Origin: Diadema antillarum
Taxonomy: Eukaryota
Direction: 5' to 3'
Assembly (NCBI RefSeq): GCF_040938485.1
Contig: NW_027271623.1
Coordinates: forward strand, 19,756 to 83,755
Length of the DNA stretch: 64,000 nucleotides
Both the position numbers and the translations under genes were made by a program. The notes under the pieces were generated by a model, which was given only the letters and a program-made list of their open reading frames with translations, was not told the origin of the DNA and did not search any database. Of the stretch, positions 46,380 through 58,665 are shown piece after piece. Each line of letters opens with the position of its first letter. Positions within the stretch are counted from its first letter, which is position 1.

Positions 46380-46595
46380 TTAATGCATTGTGAATGAACA
46401 GTTAACTCGACTGCATAAGGATGTGGTTGTCACAGATAAAATTTCCATTACATGACAGTGTGTGAGTCTCTTGAGGATCTGTGGCCAGTGCTCTTGTTAT
46501 GATAATGACCTGTAGCGATGACCCTCTAGGTATTGGCTTGATGTCTGAGAGTTCATAGGGTTTAAAGCTGACATTATACTTTCTCTGTTTGACAG

Positions 46596-46780
46596 CTTCA
46601 GAGAATCGCTATGAAGGCATGTGGAAAGATGACAAGAAGAATGGGGAAGGAAAGTTCTTCTACCTGGACAAAGGTCAGATGTATGAAGGTGTTTGGGTCA
46701 ATGACATCGCCAAATGTGGCACCATGGTGGACTTTGGCAGGGATGGAGCTCCAGAACCAACTCAATACCCAATTCCCGAG
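46596..46780 (+). CDS. MORN3: MORN3 exon 4: (A)SENRYEGMWKDDKKNGEGKFFYLDKGQMYEGVWVNDIAKCGTMVDFGRDGAPEPTQYPIPE
   Basis: Matches human KNGNRYEGCWERGMKNGAGRFFHLDHGQLFEGFWVDNMAKCGTMIDFGRDEAPEPTQFPIPE. Acceptor TTTGACAG and donor GTACAG. Confidence 0.9.
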
Positions 46781-46960
46781 GTACAGTATAATTTAAGACG
46801 CACTTTATGTGATCTAATTCTATTTAACAGTGGAATGTATGTTGGACATTACTTCTTGAAGACAAAACTTATCTTTATTTCCAGCTTCAAATCTGTTTTC
46901 TTTCCAGATGTTGAAAGGGAATATCTCAATTTTAATTGTATACTTTGTTTGAAGTAAATA

Positions 46961-47489
46961 CAGTGCACTCCCGTTATAACGAAATGCTCGGGACCGGCAG
47001 TTTTCTTTCGTTATAACAAAATTTCGTTATAACCGAACAAATACAATATACAACGAAAACAAGGAACCACGTATATATATCATATTATTTTTGCTGAATA
47101 CTCATCATAGGTTACACTGGAAAGCTATGTGAAATGTGATGGGATAACTGTATTACAATAATAAACGCAAGTTCCCCTCAGAAACTGTGCGTGACACAAG
47201 GAGCGAACACAGAGGGGTGTGAAGCGTTCACCCATGCAGAGACGCTATAAATGCTTGTTCCGCTACGTATTTTCGAAAGCAATTCGCATTTCGTTGTAAC
47301 GGAGCACATTTCTTTTGATTTTCTTTGTCTGTTGTTCTCGGAAAAGACTTCGTTATAACGGATATTTCGCTATAACCGTGTTCGTTATAAGCGAATTTTG
47401 TACCATAGACTTTAATGGTGATAATTTTGGGACCAGAAGATTTACTTCGGTGTAACGAAATTTCGTTATAACCGTGTTCGTTGTAACGG
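46961..47489. mobile_element. Tc1/mariner-like MITE/foldback (~530 bp) with terminal inverted repeats CAGTGCACTCCCGTTATAACG and TA flanks, in MORN3 intron 4. It carries multiple internal TTCGTTATAAC sub-repeats
   Basis: Left terminus TA-CAGTGCACTCCCGTTATAACGAAAT. Right terminus ATTTCGTTATAACCGTGTTCGTTGTAACGGGAGTGCACTG-TA. The minus ORF 47228..47497 inside it is spurious. Confidence 0.7.
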
Positions 47490-47794
47490 GAGTGCACTGT
47501 ATATCAGCAAGTAACTAAATCCATTGGCTATATAAAAGTTTGATCACGTAAAATAGATTGTCTTTTACATTGATGTTTCCTATAAGATAGAGTATAAATA
47601 TGGACATTTAGGTTTTACCACTTGTAAATCAGAAAGTTCTTAAACATTCAAAAAATAATTAAAAGATATGAGTTGGAATTCTTGCATTAGTACAATCATG
47701 TCTTTCTTTGACGTCATGATAATACAATGTGTGAGGAAAATGTAACCTCAGGTATAAAGATAATGTCTCATTTTATTCTTCATTGGTGCCACAG

Positions 47795-47863
47795 ATCAAA
47801 CTTGCAGATCCAGAAGGAGTGCTAAGAGAAGCAGAGGACACATTTTTACCGGACAGTGACTGA
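47795..47863 (+). CDS. MORN3: MORN3 terminal exon: IKLADPEGVLREAEDTFLPDSD, stop TGA at 47861-47863
   Basis: Matches human VKILDPDGVLAEALAMF...EEGD. Acceptor GTGCCACAG. The total CDS is 714 nt, 237 aa; my recollection of human MORN3 is 240 aa. Confidence 0.8.
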   Translation: MKLADPEGVLREAEDTFLPDSD

Positions 47864-48892
47864 AATGCAGCACATTTTGTCTCTTTGCCTAGGATATGAA
47901 GTGATAAACTTAAATTTCACATCCCAGCCATGAAACTGAAACAGTGAATGGATTGAACACATGCACCAATGTCAATGTGTATTTAAGTTACCTGGACGTA
48001 TAGCGAGATTAATTTTCCTTGGAAATACTTTCTTACTGAGGTATACTCAGTACAAAAACATTTTTTTTTTTCTCTCTGACATTGCTTCTGGGCTGCTGAT
48101 GTTATTTATCATTGTACTAGGTTTGCAGAGGAGCTCAGATGCAATTGACAAACTTTCTTGAGTATACAAAAAACCTGTGATAGTTATTTTTTTCTTCTCA
48201 CACTTGAGCTATTTTGGACTGATGTAAATCATGCTACTGCACTATGTCACATGCATTGATTTATATCATTTTATATACCCCATTTATGTTGTAGTATGAT
48301 ATCTCATATACATGAGTACCATTACCAAAATGCAGAAAATTATATATTCTTTCTTCCAGTGTTTTGGATAATGTATCATTGATAGTTTCAGTGAATGGAA
48401 AAATGATACACTATCAAGCAAACCCTCATGTTCTCACATTTTCATATTGAAATCAATGTGCAGTTCTTAACAAATTAACAATAAATTAGCTTTTTCATCT
48501 CACCCACCATCTAACTCAGAAATGGATCACATCATTTTGCAAAATGATGACATCTTTTTGGGTAAACTGTAGATATGCCTTGTACAAAGTAAATTATGTA
48601 ACTTGACTGTAAATAATATATTGCAAATAAATCTGCTTCAAATATACTGTTTGAAGCAAATCCAATCTGTCTGCACTGTATCGTGCATGTACTTGTGTGT
48701 TTAGTACAACTCATTCAAATGAAAAAGCTGTAGACATTGTGAAAACCTTGCAACCTAATGTATAGTAATCTTTGACTTAAAAATATGTACGTGTAATAGG
48801 GTTCAGTCAGCATATATGTCACTTTTGTATGCATGTATAGATATAACCATGGATCCAGCTTTAGATTATAAAACATTATGGTGAAGAGACAA

Positions 48893-48894
48893 TT

Positions 48895-48935
<41 letters not shown>

Positions 48936-49002
48936 ATATACCTTTGGTGTTTATATGCATATATAAATTTGGGAGGAGGAACCAGTGGGTTTTGATACGA
49001 AA

Positions 49003-49035
<33 letters not shown>

Positions 49036-49048
49036 GTGCATGTGTGTA

Positions 49049-49095
<47 letters not shown>
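48893..49095. repeat. Two adjacent (GT)n/(TG)n dinucleotide tracts at 48893-48938 and 49003-49095, with GCGC and GCAT interruptions
   Basis: tgtgtgtgtgtgtgtgtgtgtgtgcgcgcgtgtat ... gtgtgtgtgtgtgtgtgtgtgcgtgtgtgcatgtgtgtatgcgtgtgtgtgtgtgtg.... Further (GT)n tracts lie at 13893-13938 and 49403-49432, and an (AC)n tract at 45853-45885. Confidence 0.95.
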
Positions 49096-49396
49096 GGTGT
49101 TTCAACATCTTTTTAGTTGAAAGGTTGAATGTCATCTGTATAAGGCTGGTACATCCGATGATGTTGCTTCATTACCTGCACCAAGCTGTACTGCCATACT
49201 TGGATCAACAACCGTAGGCTAAATGATTGGCAATTAACCTGTCCCCTAGGGGAATCTAATATATCAGGCTCCCAAAATATACACAAGAGTGTCTGCGTTT
49301 ATGGCCTAAGTTCATGTTTATTTGTGTTATGCTGACCAGAAATTGACTTAATTTTTCTATCAATATCTGCTCTTTTTTCTAGCTGTATCAAATTGT

Positions 49397-49441
<45 letters not shown>

Positions 49442-50993
49442 TTGTTGTTTTGGTCTAATGTACTGTTTTCAATAAAGAAGTGCACTTATTTTGCCGCAAA
49501 ACTCACATGGAGACATAGGTAGCAATCAGCTATGTGTATTAAAGCTCACTAGATTTTGACTTTCGGTGACCCACTTGAGGTGCCCTTATAGTGCATAATA
49601 AAAGAGCCCAGTGCATACTGCATTAATATCTCTCATCCAATCGATATTTTGTACTGTTCGATGGATCATGCAGTGAGTTGACCATGTACAGGGGATACAA
49701 TGTGTTCTGCTTGTTTGCTGTCACACAGGCAGACTATACCAACCTAGCTGTCCGATCTTTGTCAAAAAACAGAATCTTGGCTAGGGACATTCATGGTTCT
49801 CAGAGAATTGCAGAAGGATCAGGTTAAAGTTGGGTATGCAAAGCAATGTCATTAGATGTATCAGCCTATTAATCATTCACTTGTTTGTACATGCAATGTA
49901 TTACATACTTTCATTTATTTATATGTTTAATCAATCAACTCCAAGAATCCACATTCAATGTGGTTTGTGTCTTATCTTATTATAATACTCTTCATTGAAT
50001 ACTATAAATCAATTTTAAGAAGTGGAGTAAAGAAAAGTCTCTTCAAAAGTAAATATTTCTGTCTGTTTTTGTATAATTGTTTTAGTTTCAAAATTGTCCA
50101 AAATTTCTTTATAACTACGGTATACTAAATTCGTGATTGATTCTGAAACTGCCTGGCAACACATCAGAAGGTTACAGATCGTCTTAATTTCTGTCATTTT
50201 TGTTTTCCCACCCTAAGAATAAGTACATACTCGTGTATTATACTAAGTGAATTTAAAGGGATTTTTTAGTTAGTGGAACTAACATGCAGTTCCAATTTCT
50301 TTGTGTATGTGTGTATAATGTATATATACAACTCCCCCCACTTTTTGCAGCCAGGGCTCAAATACGCACAAACTACATTGTACCCATCAAATTTTTAAAC
50401 AACACAAAACATAAGTGTAATCAAACACTGCACTTTCTTCTTTTTCTTCTTTCTTTTTCTTTCAACAAACGAGGTACTTTGGGGAGATCTAAACCTATCT
50501 AAATAGCTCTGTCTCTGTCAACTGTATCATTGTGTCATTGGATCACAAACTGTACGAAAGTTTATCATTATTTTCCTGTTTTGTTTTTCTTGGTCCCCCT
50601 TCTTTAAAAAAAAAAATGCAGAGTATGGCGTTTAATTCACCCCCGTCGACTGACCAGTAAAATGAAAATGTTTTGAGAAAGATAAGTGTCACATACAATC
50701 AGAGTCATAACTTGACAATCAATGACATGACTTCAGGATAGGCCTACATAATCAGTGCGGACATGACATCGTTCTGTGCATGAAGTTTGATGAAATTTAC
50801 AGAGGCTAGGATCCTGTATATGTACCACATTCAATGATTTTGTAACTTTAGACGCATTATGGACAATTAAAGACTAAAATATGAAATGAAATGAAATGAG
50901 ATGAAATGAAATGAAATGAAATTGGGTCCAACTGTACTACAGTACTGTGCCTACAGCGAGCAACAGAGGGCGCACCCACTTTTCTTCGCGACC

Positions 50994-51170
50994 ATTCAGG
51001 GCCCTGTTGCATAAAACCCTTACCGCTGGACTTACCACTCCTTTCCAGCGGTAAGTCTTCAAATTAGCGGTAAATTTTATAATCCTTGATGCTGATTGGC
51101 TGTGACGCCTAATTTTGACGGTAGTTACCGTTGAAATTCAACGGTAAGTTTAATGCAACGGGCCCCAGGA
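50994..51170. mobile_element. Short MITE with terminal inverted repeats CAGGGCCCTGTTGCAT / ATGCAACGGGCCCCAG. The hAT-like CAGGG terminus is speculative
   Basis: cagggccctgttgcataaaac at 50997 and aatgcaacgggccccaggact at 51151 are reverse complements. A related hairpin lies at 56235-56335 (agggccctctcgctgtaacagg / ccatacagcgagagggcctt). Confidence 0.45.
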
Positions 51171-51989
51171 CTCGCACGGGTAAATAATTCCCCATGTATA
51201 TAGAGACGTGTGTTAAAATTCAAATTTCAAAAAATTCTGTAAAATAGCTGAGAGAAATGAGGTGTTTCATATTCACTAACCTGAATAAGTGAGATATAAC
51301 TTTCATCCATCAAATTTCCAAGGCAGGTTCTTCGGCTCAAACTCTGTCCAAGGGTCCGCAAAGCCAGACTACCGAGTTCTTTTCACTCGAAAAATCACCT
51401 ATTTTCTGTACATGCAGCCAATTATAGTCCCCTCAAATTCCATCAGAAAAGCTTTCATCTTCCAACCAAAATGCAGTTTGTAGAGGAATTCATACTCAAT
51501 ATCTACAGCTATTCAGTTTTTTTTACCAAACTGCATCACTGATTTTTAATTTTTTTTCCTTCATTTTATTTTGGTATCTTTGGTACGAATTTGTGAAGGG
51601 GCTGGGACATTCCATTTTATTTACAGGTGTGAGCTCTTCAGTGCGCATGCAACAACTCGCCAACGCATGTAACATTCAAGGATTATCGAATTGCGATCAT
51701 TAGTCATTGTGATAGCGTATTATGTGTTTATAGGCAATACATCTAGGGGCGCCACCAGCTTTTTTTCAAGGTGGGTGCGTTTTGACACTAAATGTAACGA
51801 GATTTTTTGGACAGACATTTGGCATTCAGGAAGCTCTCAATCCCCAGATTTTTAGTTTTTTTTTTTAGATAACCAAGCATGGAAATGGCACCGGCATAGC
51901 TACGATTTCATTTTTTTTTTTTTTTTTGGGGGGGGGGGGGAGGTTGGGGGCAGTGGGGGCTATTAGTATGCGAGGGAGCGAAGCGACCG

Positions 51990-53330
51990 AGCTCGAGCGA
52001 ACAGAGCGAGAAAGGGGGGGGGGGGGGGGAGGGAGGGGGAGAGGGGGTTGTCCCCCCTCCCACGGTGAGAACTTCTTTGCATTTTTTATATTGTAAATGG
52101 TGCAATTTGATCATTGTTTTTGCTTGTTTTATCGACTTGAAACAGTCCCACTTGTTTAAAGGTATAGCAGTATATTTTGATGTCGATATTGAACAATTTG
52201 CCTATAAAATAGTATCATCAAAATAAACTTCCTGAACACTGAATATCATGAACCCGACCATGCAAGCAAGAGTGAGCGGAGTGAGCAAGGGGGAGGGTGT
52301 GGGAGGGGGTGTACCCCTCCCACGGTGAGAACTTTTTTCATTTTGATGTTGTAAATGGTGCAATTTGATGCAGGTTTTTGCGTGTCTTATCGACTTGAAA
52401 CAGACCCACTTGTTTAAGGTACCAATACATTTTGATGTAAATTGTTATTGAACAATGTGCCTATAAATAATTGTATCATTGAAATAAACTTCTTTTATTA
52501 ATTCTTACACTGACGTCATGAACGTGACCGAGCCCGAGCAAGCGGAGCGAGCGAGGGGGGAGGGGGTCGTCCCCCCTGTAGTACGATGAGAACTGAAATT
52601 GCATTTCGATGTTGTAAATGGTGCGATTTGATGCATGTTTTTACTTGTTTTATCGACTTGAAACAGTCCCACTTGTTTAAGGTAGCAGTATATTTTGATG
52701 TAGATTTGTTGAACAATTTGTTTATAAAATAGTATCATCTAAATTAAATTCATGTTTGTTTTAATATTTACAATCAATATCATGAACGCGACGAAACAAG
52801 AGCGAGCGGAGTGAGCGAGGGGGAGGGTGTGGGAGGGGGTGTTCCCCTCCCACGGTGGAACTTTTTGCATTTTGATGTTGTAAATGGTGCAATTGGATGC
52901 AGGTTTCTGAGTGTTTTATCGACTTGAAACAGTCCCACTTGTTTAAGGTAGCAGTACATTGTGATGTAAATTGTAAATGAACAATTTGCCTATAGAATGG
53001 TATCATTTGAATAAACTTGTTGTATTAATTCTTACACTGATGTCATGAACGCGACCGAGCCCGAGCAAGCGGAGCAAGCGAGGGTGTAGGGTGTGGAAGG
53101 GGGTTGTCCCCCTCCCACGGTGAGAACTTTCTGCATTTTAATGTCGTAAATGGTGCAATTTGATGCAGGTTTTTGAGTGTTTTATCGACTTGAAACAGTC
53201 TCACTAAGTTAGCAGTACATTTTGATGTAAATCAGTATTAAACAATTTGCCTATAAGATGGTGTAATTAAAATAACCTTCTTGTATTAATTCTTACACTG
53301 AATATTATGAACGTTGTTTGTTAAGCAATC
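51990..53330. repeat. Satellite of ~260-bp units (5 units). Each unit is bounded by a G-rich/C-rich palindrome (GGGGGAGGGTGTGGGAGGGGGTGT.CCCCTCCCACGGTGAGAAC). Degenerate relatives continue to ~54200
   Basis: The CCTCCCACGGTG marker lies at ~52056, 52316, 52575 (variant), 52850 and 53111. Shared unit body: tttgcatttt.atgttgtaaatggtgcaatttgatgcaggtttttg.gtgttttatcgacttgaaacagtcccacttgtttaaggta.cagta.attttgatgtaa. Confidence 0.85.
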
Positions 53331-55965
53331 AAACAAAAAAAAATATGCACACGAGGGTGTACATAAGGAGCATTTCTCCTCACAAACGAAGATGATTTTG
53401 TATTTTCAGACCTGAAATTCAGCGATCTGGTGCAAACTTTTGGTGCAATACAAAAAAAAATTTAAACAAATAAGTTTTTTTTTTTTCCCCCGGTGAAATG
53501 TTAATGGGTCTTATTCCGAGTGTGCATCAACTCTGTGTATGTACAAAGTATAGTGAGGTAGAGCTTAGGCGAGGATGTAGGAGGGGGATACCCCCTCCCG
53601 CTCAACGGAGCTTTTGAGTTTTTAGAATTGAAATAAAGCGATCTGAAGCACACTTTTTGTGAAAAATCCGGAAATTGTCATAGTGTACAAAGTCTATAGA
53701 AGGGACAAGGCAATGGGAGGGTGGTAAGATAACTCTCCCATATTCGATTATATTTTTTCCTCCCTCCAAATCCCCGGTCAAAATCTTGGGGGGGGGGGGG
53801 GCAACTGCCCCCCCACCGGCTATATACTTATACGCCATTGGGATTGAACGGAGATAATATCCTCTCCCCCACGACGGAACTTTTGCATTTGTTTTTATTA
53901 AGTAAAATGACAGATTTGTTGCACACTTTCGATGAAACATTTGTAAATCTGTCATTCTATAGGTGTATTCATTCTATGGAAAATAGATCGGACTTGGGAA
54001 GGTGTGGGAAGAGGTATCCCCCTCCAACACGAGAGAGATTTTTCAATTATCGATTATGGGGTGGGGGCAAAATTATAATATGCTTGCCCTTCCTATGTTT
54101 TTATTGGGGTAAACTTTTTTTTCTGGCAAAAAAGCAAGAAAATCTTCTCGTGTCGGGAATTATGGGGGGGGGGGAGGGTGGGCAAAATGATATACTTGCC
54201 CCTCCAAATTGATTTTTTATGAGGCTAAGGCCCGCCTTGAGCTCGCATTATCAATATGGATTGGTCAGAAGTAACTAGCTGTACATAGACCCTATACATA
54301 CAACAGTACTTGTAAGTAGCACACGTACATGCAAACGTGTACGTGCTCCGTACCGTACGGATGTACAGTATATACGGTCGATAAATAGTAAACACTGTAG
54401 AATACTCGTAGATATGTATAAAATCAGCGCTGACAGAGCCCAGGATGATTGTTTTTGCCCACGATTTTGTTGTCCCTGGTGCAAAAAAAAAGTAAAAAAA
54501 AAGAAGAATAATTATTTAGCGTCCGGCGTTGAGGTCGCTCACAGACTGAAGTGGTGATTTTTTTTTTTTTTTTTTTTTTGTCTGAAGGGGGTGCGTCCGC
54601 ACCCAACGCACCCCACCCCCCCCCCCCCTGGTGACGCCCATGTACATCACCTATTCAGAAGCAATTGAAATAGTTGATAACTCCTCTTTAAAGTAAATAA
54701 ATTCTTCAAAAAAAAAAGACAACAAACAAAAAAAAAAAAACCGGCAACATAATATAAAGTATTTAGGTCCTACAAAATGCAATGTATTTAGGCGGTTTTT
54801 GTTTTTCCTATTACCATATAATTCAACTTGAGTTGTTGTAAAGCGCATTTTTTAATCCGGTCAATGGTGTCAGCAAGAAAATGATGAAATATTACATAGG
54901 CTTATTTTCAAATGGATTACTATGGATAAAGTCAGAACTTTTGGATGCATTTTTTTTTCTGTGTGAATTCTGAATTTTCCGTGTAAGGCCCCGGATATTC
55001 CCGGTGGTCTTCATAACACAACCTGTCAAATTTCTTACTTACCTTTTCGCATAACTTGCTCATACGTGTATTTTATCCCCTGCATTTTCAGTGTCAATGC
55101 CCATCATAAGGGTGCTTGTAAAGGAATTAACGATTAAAAAGACGAGCTATACATGTATTATGAGTAGGCCCTCACCTTATTCATTTGTTCTAAGCGATAA
55201 TAATAGATATTATACGCGTTGTAAACAAAACCACACCGAAACTCGGGTAACCTTATGTATACTGTAATACCAGAACCCGACATCGTCTGTTGTATAGAAG
55301 CCTAGTATGTTTGGACCTATACATTAATAGTCTATATACCCAATACTACTACACTACAAAGAAAAGAAAAAAAAAGACGCACATACACATACACATACAC
55401 AAAATTATGCTGACCGTATTGTATTGAACAAACATTGAACAAAATGTGAAATTCAATCATAAATGTGGGTATCCTCCTCGACCAGCATCCTACATTATAT
55501 CCAGCATTATGTGTTAGATTCCATGTCTAAGCAAACAGATTTACTCAAGCAAATCTCTCTCTCTCTCTCTCTCCCTCTCTCTTTGCGCAATTGAAATTGA
55601 CCCCTTTCAATGTGAGAAAGGTATCATGTAGACATGGAAATGGTGTAGAATTTGTAGACAATACGTAAAACCATATTACGCGACCAATAAAAGAATCAAA
55701 GTAAATAGAAAATTGACTTTTGCGCTATATATTCTCCAAGATTATGTTCCAGTGCGGATCGAGCCTTTTGCTAAAGGCCTGGGGGAGGGGTGAGGGGGGG
55801 GGGGGGACACTGAGGGGAGAGTCCGTGAGATGGGTGTCTAGATGACCTATTTGGCGACTTTTTTTTTTTTTTTTTTGCTATTTTGAAAGCCCGTTATTAT
55901 AGTGATGTTTTCCTGACGTCTATATGAATAATTACACAACGGAAACCATAACAGAGTGCTGATAT

Positions 55966-56084
55966 ACTACATTGTACATGGGTCTTGACCAGGGAGGTGA
56001 GAGGGTCTCACCTCCCTGATATACTACATTGTACATGGGTCTTGACCAGGGAGGTGAGAGGGTCTCACCTCCCTTGTCTTGACA
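55966..56084. repeat. Perfect tandem duplication of a ~58-bp unit containing the 25-bp palindrome GGGAGGTGAGAGGGTCTCACCTCCC
   Basis: tatactacattgtacatgggtcttgaccagggaggtgagagggtctcacctccc occurs twice back to back. Confidence 0.9.
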
Positions 56085-57639
56085 CATTATGCCGCATGAA
56101 CATCACAATCCATCATCAAGTCCACTTGGCACCCCCCCCCCCCCCCCTCCGTAGATTCACCACTGTACTCCCCCCATCCCCTTCTCTCTCTTTGGATCTC
56201 TGGACAGTGTCTCTTTCTCTCTAGCCTGTTATCAGGGCCCTCTCGCTGTAACAGGCGAGCGAAGCGAGCCCAGACGAGCGCGACAGCGCAACCCCACGCA
56301 GCTGGGTTCTTTTCACCATACAGCGAGAGGGCCTTGACAAGAGGCTACTCTCTCTCCTGCCGCTAAACACTAAAACAAAGACGCAATCTAGAAAGGAGCA
56401 AAACGACTCAACTCCATTCTTTATAGTTTGCTTGAGACCTAAAAACTCTCATGAAGTAATATGAATTAGAGCTTGTAATTTCAAAAGGGACTCAACATTT
56501 ATTCGATGAAAATTGGTTTTGAAATGGCGGAGATATCCACATCGGAGCAATCCTAATGAAAGGTGGGACCCACCTTTTATTATGATCACTTTGTTTTACT
56601 TTTTTTAATGTCTCAGCAATTTCAAAACCGATTTTCATCTCATAAACTTTGAATTCCTCTTAGAATGGCATGCTCTGTATAGTATTTCATAATAATGCGG
56701 TTTCTTGGCATCTTGCAAAAAGTTAAAAGCCCAATCCTCATCTCCACCAATACTACACCATCCCTTCAAGTTGAAATATTTGTGGTTAAAGCTCCTAAAA
56801 AACAAAGAAAATAATAAAGAAGAATCATTGGATATTCTTAATCATAACTTCTTGCATATTTCCTGTTATGTCACAAGTGAGGTAGCTTATCACTGGAGAG
56901 GTTTTATTTCGCTCCATCTGATGATGACCTGACTTCAAAATTCATGGCTTATGGCGCGTAGCTCCTTTTGCGATCAAACACTTCAGTTGTTAGTGCGTTA
57001 ACAGGTTTAGTATCTGTTTGACAGATAATAATCGAAAAAGGTACAGGCCCTACTTACCCACAACTCAATCTCTGGGTCCCCCCCCCCCAAACAAAACAAA
57101 ACAAAAACAAAAACACAACAACAACAAACAAACAACAACTCGCAAACAAGCACCAGCGCAAGCAAACAAACAAACAAAAATAAGCGCGACGCGATGCTTT
57201 GCTCTCAGCTCCTTTCTTGATCGTCATTATCATAAGACACCCTGTACTATGCAACTTTTGATTCGAATCAACCTTAGGCCTATCTGGCAGTAATTACAAG
57301 AAATTGAAGGTTCTAATAATTGGATCATGCGCTGTCATAGTAAACAAAACTTGATACTTTGCCTTGAGAGTTTCTGGTTATATCTATGGGCAGAGGTGAA
57401 TCCAAAGGAACTATTCACTGAGGGGCGCAGCCCCAAAATGAAAAGTTTTTTTTTTTTTTTTTTTTTAAGACACCGAGGCCTATAGTTTCAACCAGAAACT
57501 CGAAATTAGGCAAAGCATATTTTCATTTTGTTTTATATTTTGGATAAAAATTTAAACAAAAGAAGGGAAAATGGGGAAATTGCGAAGCAAGAAGTCGTGT
57601 CGTAGTGGTGGATGCGATGTTATGAAGTGACTCTAAGCA

Positions 57640-58070
57640 GCGCACGATGTCAGGCTGCTTTGTGATGTTACGATATTATTTTGTGTTACATTTCACAGAG
57701 TGACGATACGAAGCCATGCGCAATGTTAAAATTGCTTTGCGACGTCACAATTACTTTAATACAAGAATACATTTCACAGACTGACGGTACGAGCAGCGCG
57801 CATATTATGCCAAAATTGCTTTGTGATGTCCCTATTGGTTTTAGAGTGACGCCGATACGACGCATGCAATGCGCAATGTCAAAATTGCTTTGTGACATCA
57901 CTATCGTTTTTTTTTTCTTGTTGGAGTGACGGTACGACGCATGCAGTGCGCTATGTCAGAATTACTTTGTGACGTAACAATTGTTTGTTAAAAATTGTTG
58001 CATGTTACTTCGGTGCAAAGCTGCTGCGCACAATTGAGAAATGCTTTGTGACATCATTTTGCAAATATCT
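57640..58070. repeat. Minisatellite of ~70-80 bp units (about 5 units) with the core ...GTGACG.TACGA.GCATGC..TGCGC.ATGTCA.AATTGCTTTGTGA..TCAC...
   Basis: Units start near 57700, 57777, 57843 and 57923, with partial units at 57601 and 58000. ORFs 57681..57929 (+) and 57686..57901 (-) are artefacts of the repeat. Confidence 0.8.
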
Positions 58071-58632
58071 GTAGTACACAAAGAGATCTTTCTCCTCCCC
58101 ACCTGGGAAAATCTCTTTGGTAGTACATATACACCATTTGCGAAATGTCATTATAGGAGTGACGTACTTTCTGCAAATAGTATTGGGTACCAAACAAGCT
58201 AATACTCTGATATAGCTGAAAATACCCATGATCACGTGAGGCTCTTTCAACCAATCACCAGAGGATGAAATTTTATCCAAAATATAACAAATTTTTATTT
58301 ATTCACACTGTTTGCATTCAGTAAAATGGCAGGAGGAAGAGAAAAATATTATAAAAAATGTGAGTAAGTGTAGGCCTAATCTTTAACCTTATAGATTTGT
58401 CATTAGTGTTGCTTATTATTCGTGATTGAAGGACGCTTGAAAATGAGCTGTCTCATTGCGGATCAGTGCACCGTTTCATTAAAGTTGTCAGCCTTGACAA
58501 CCATACCTACAAAACAGTCAGTGACCAGATCTTCTCAGTCAATCAAAATCAAGGATCACTATGCCCTGACAATCTTTAGGGCCGACGACTTTAATGAAAT
58601 GGTGCCCTGGGCTCTCGAGCACTTCTTTTCTT

Positions 58633-58665
<33 letters not shown>

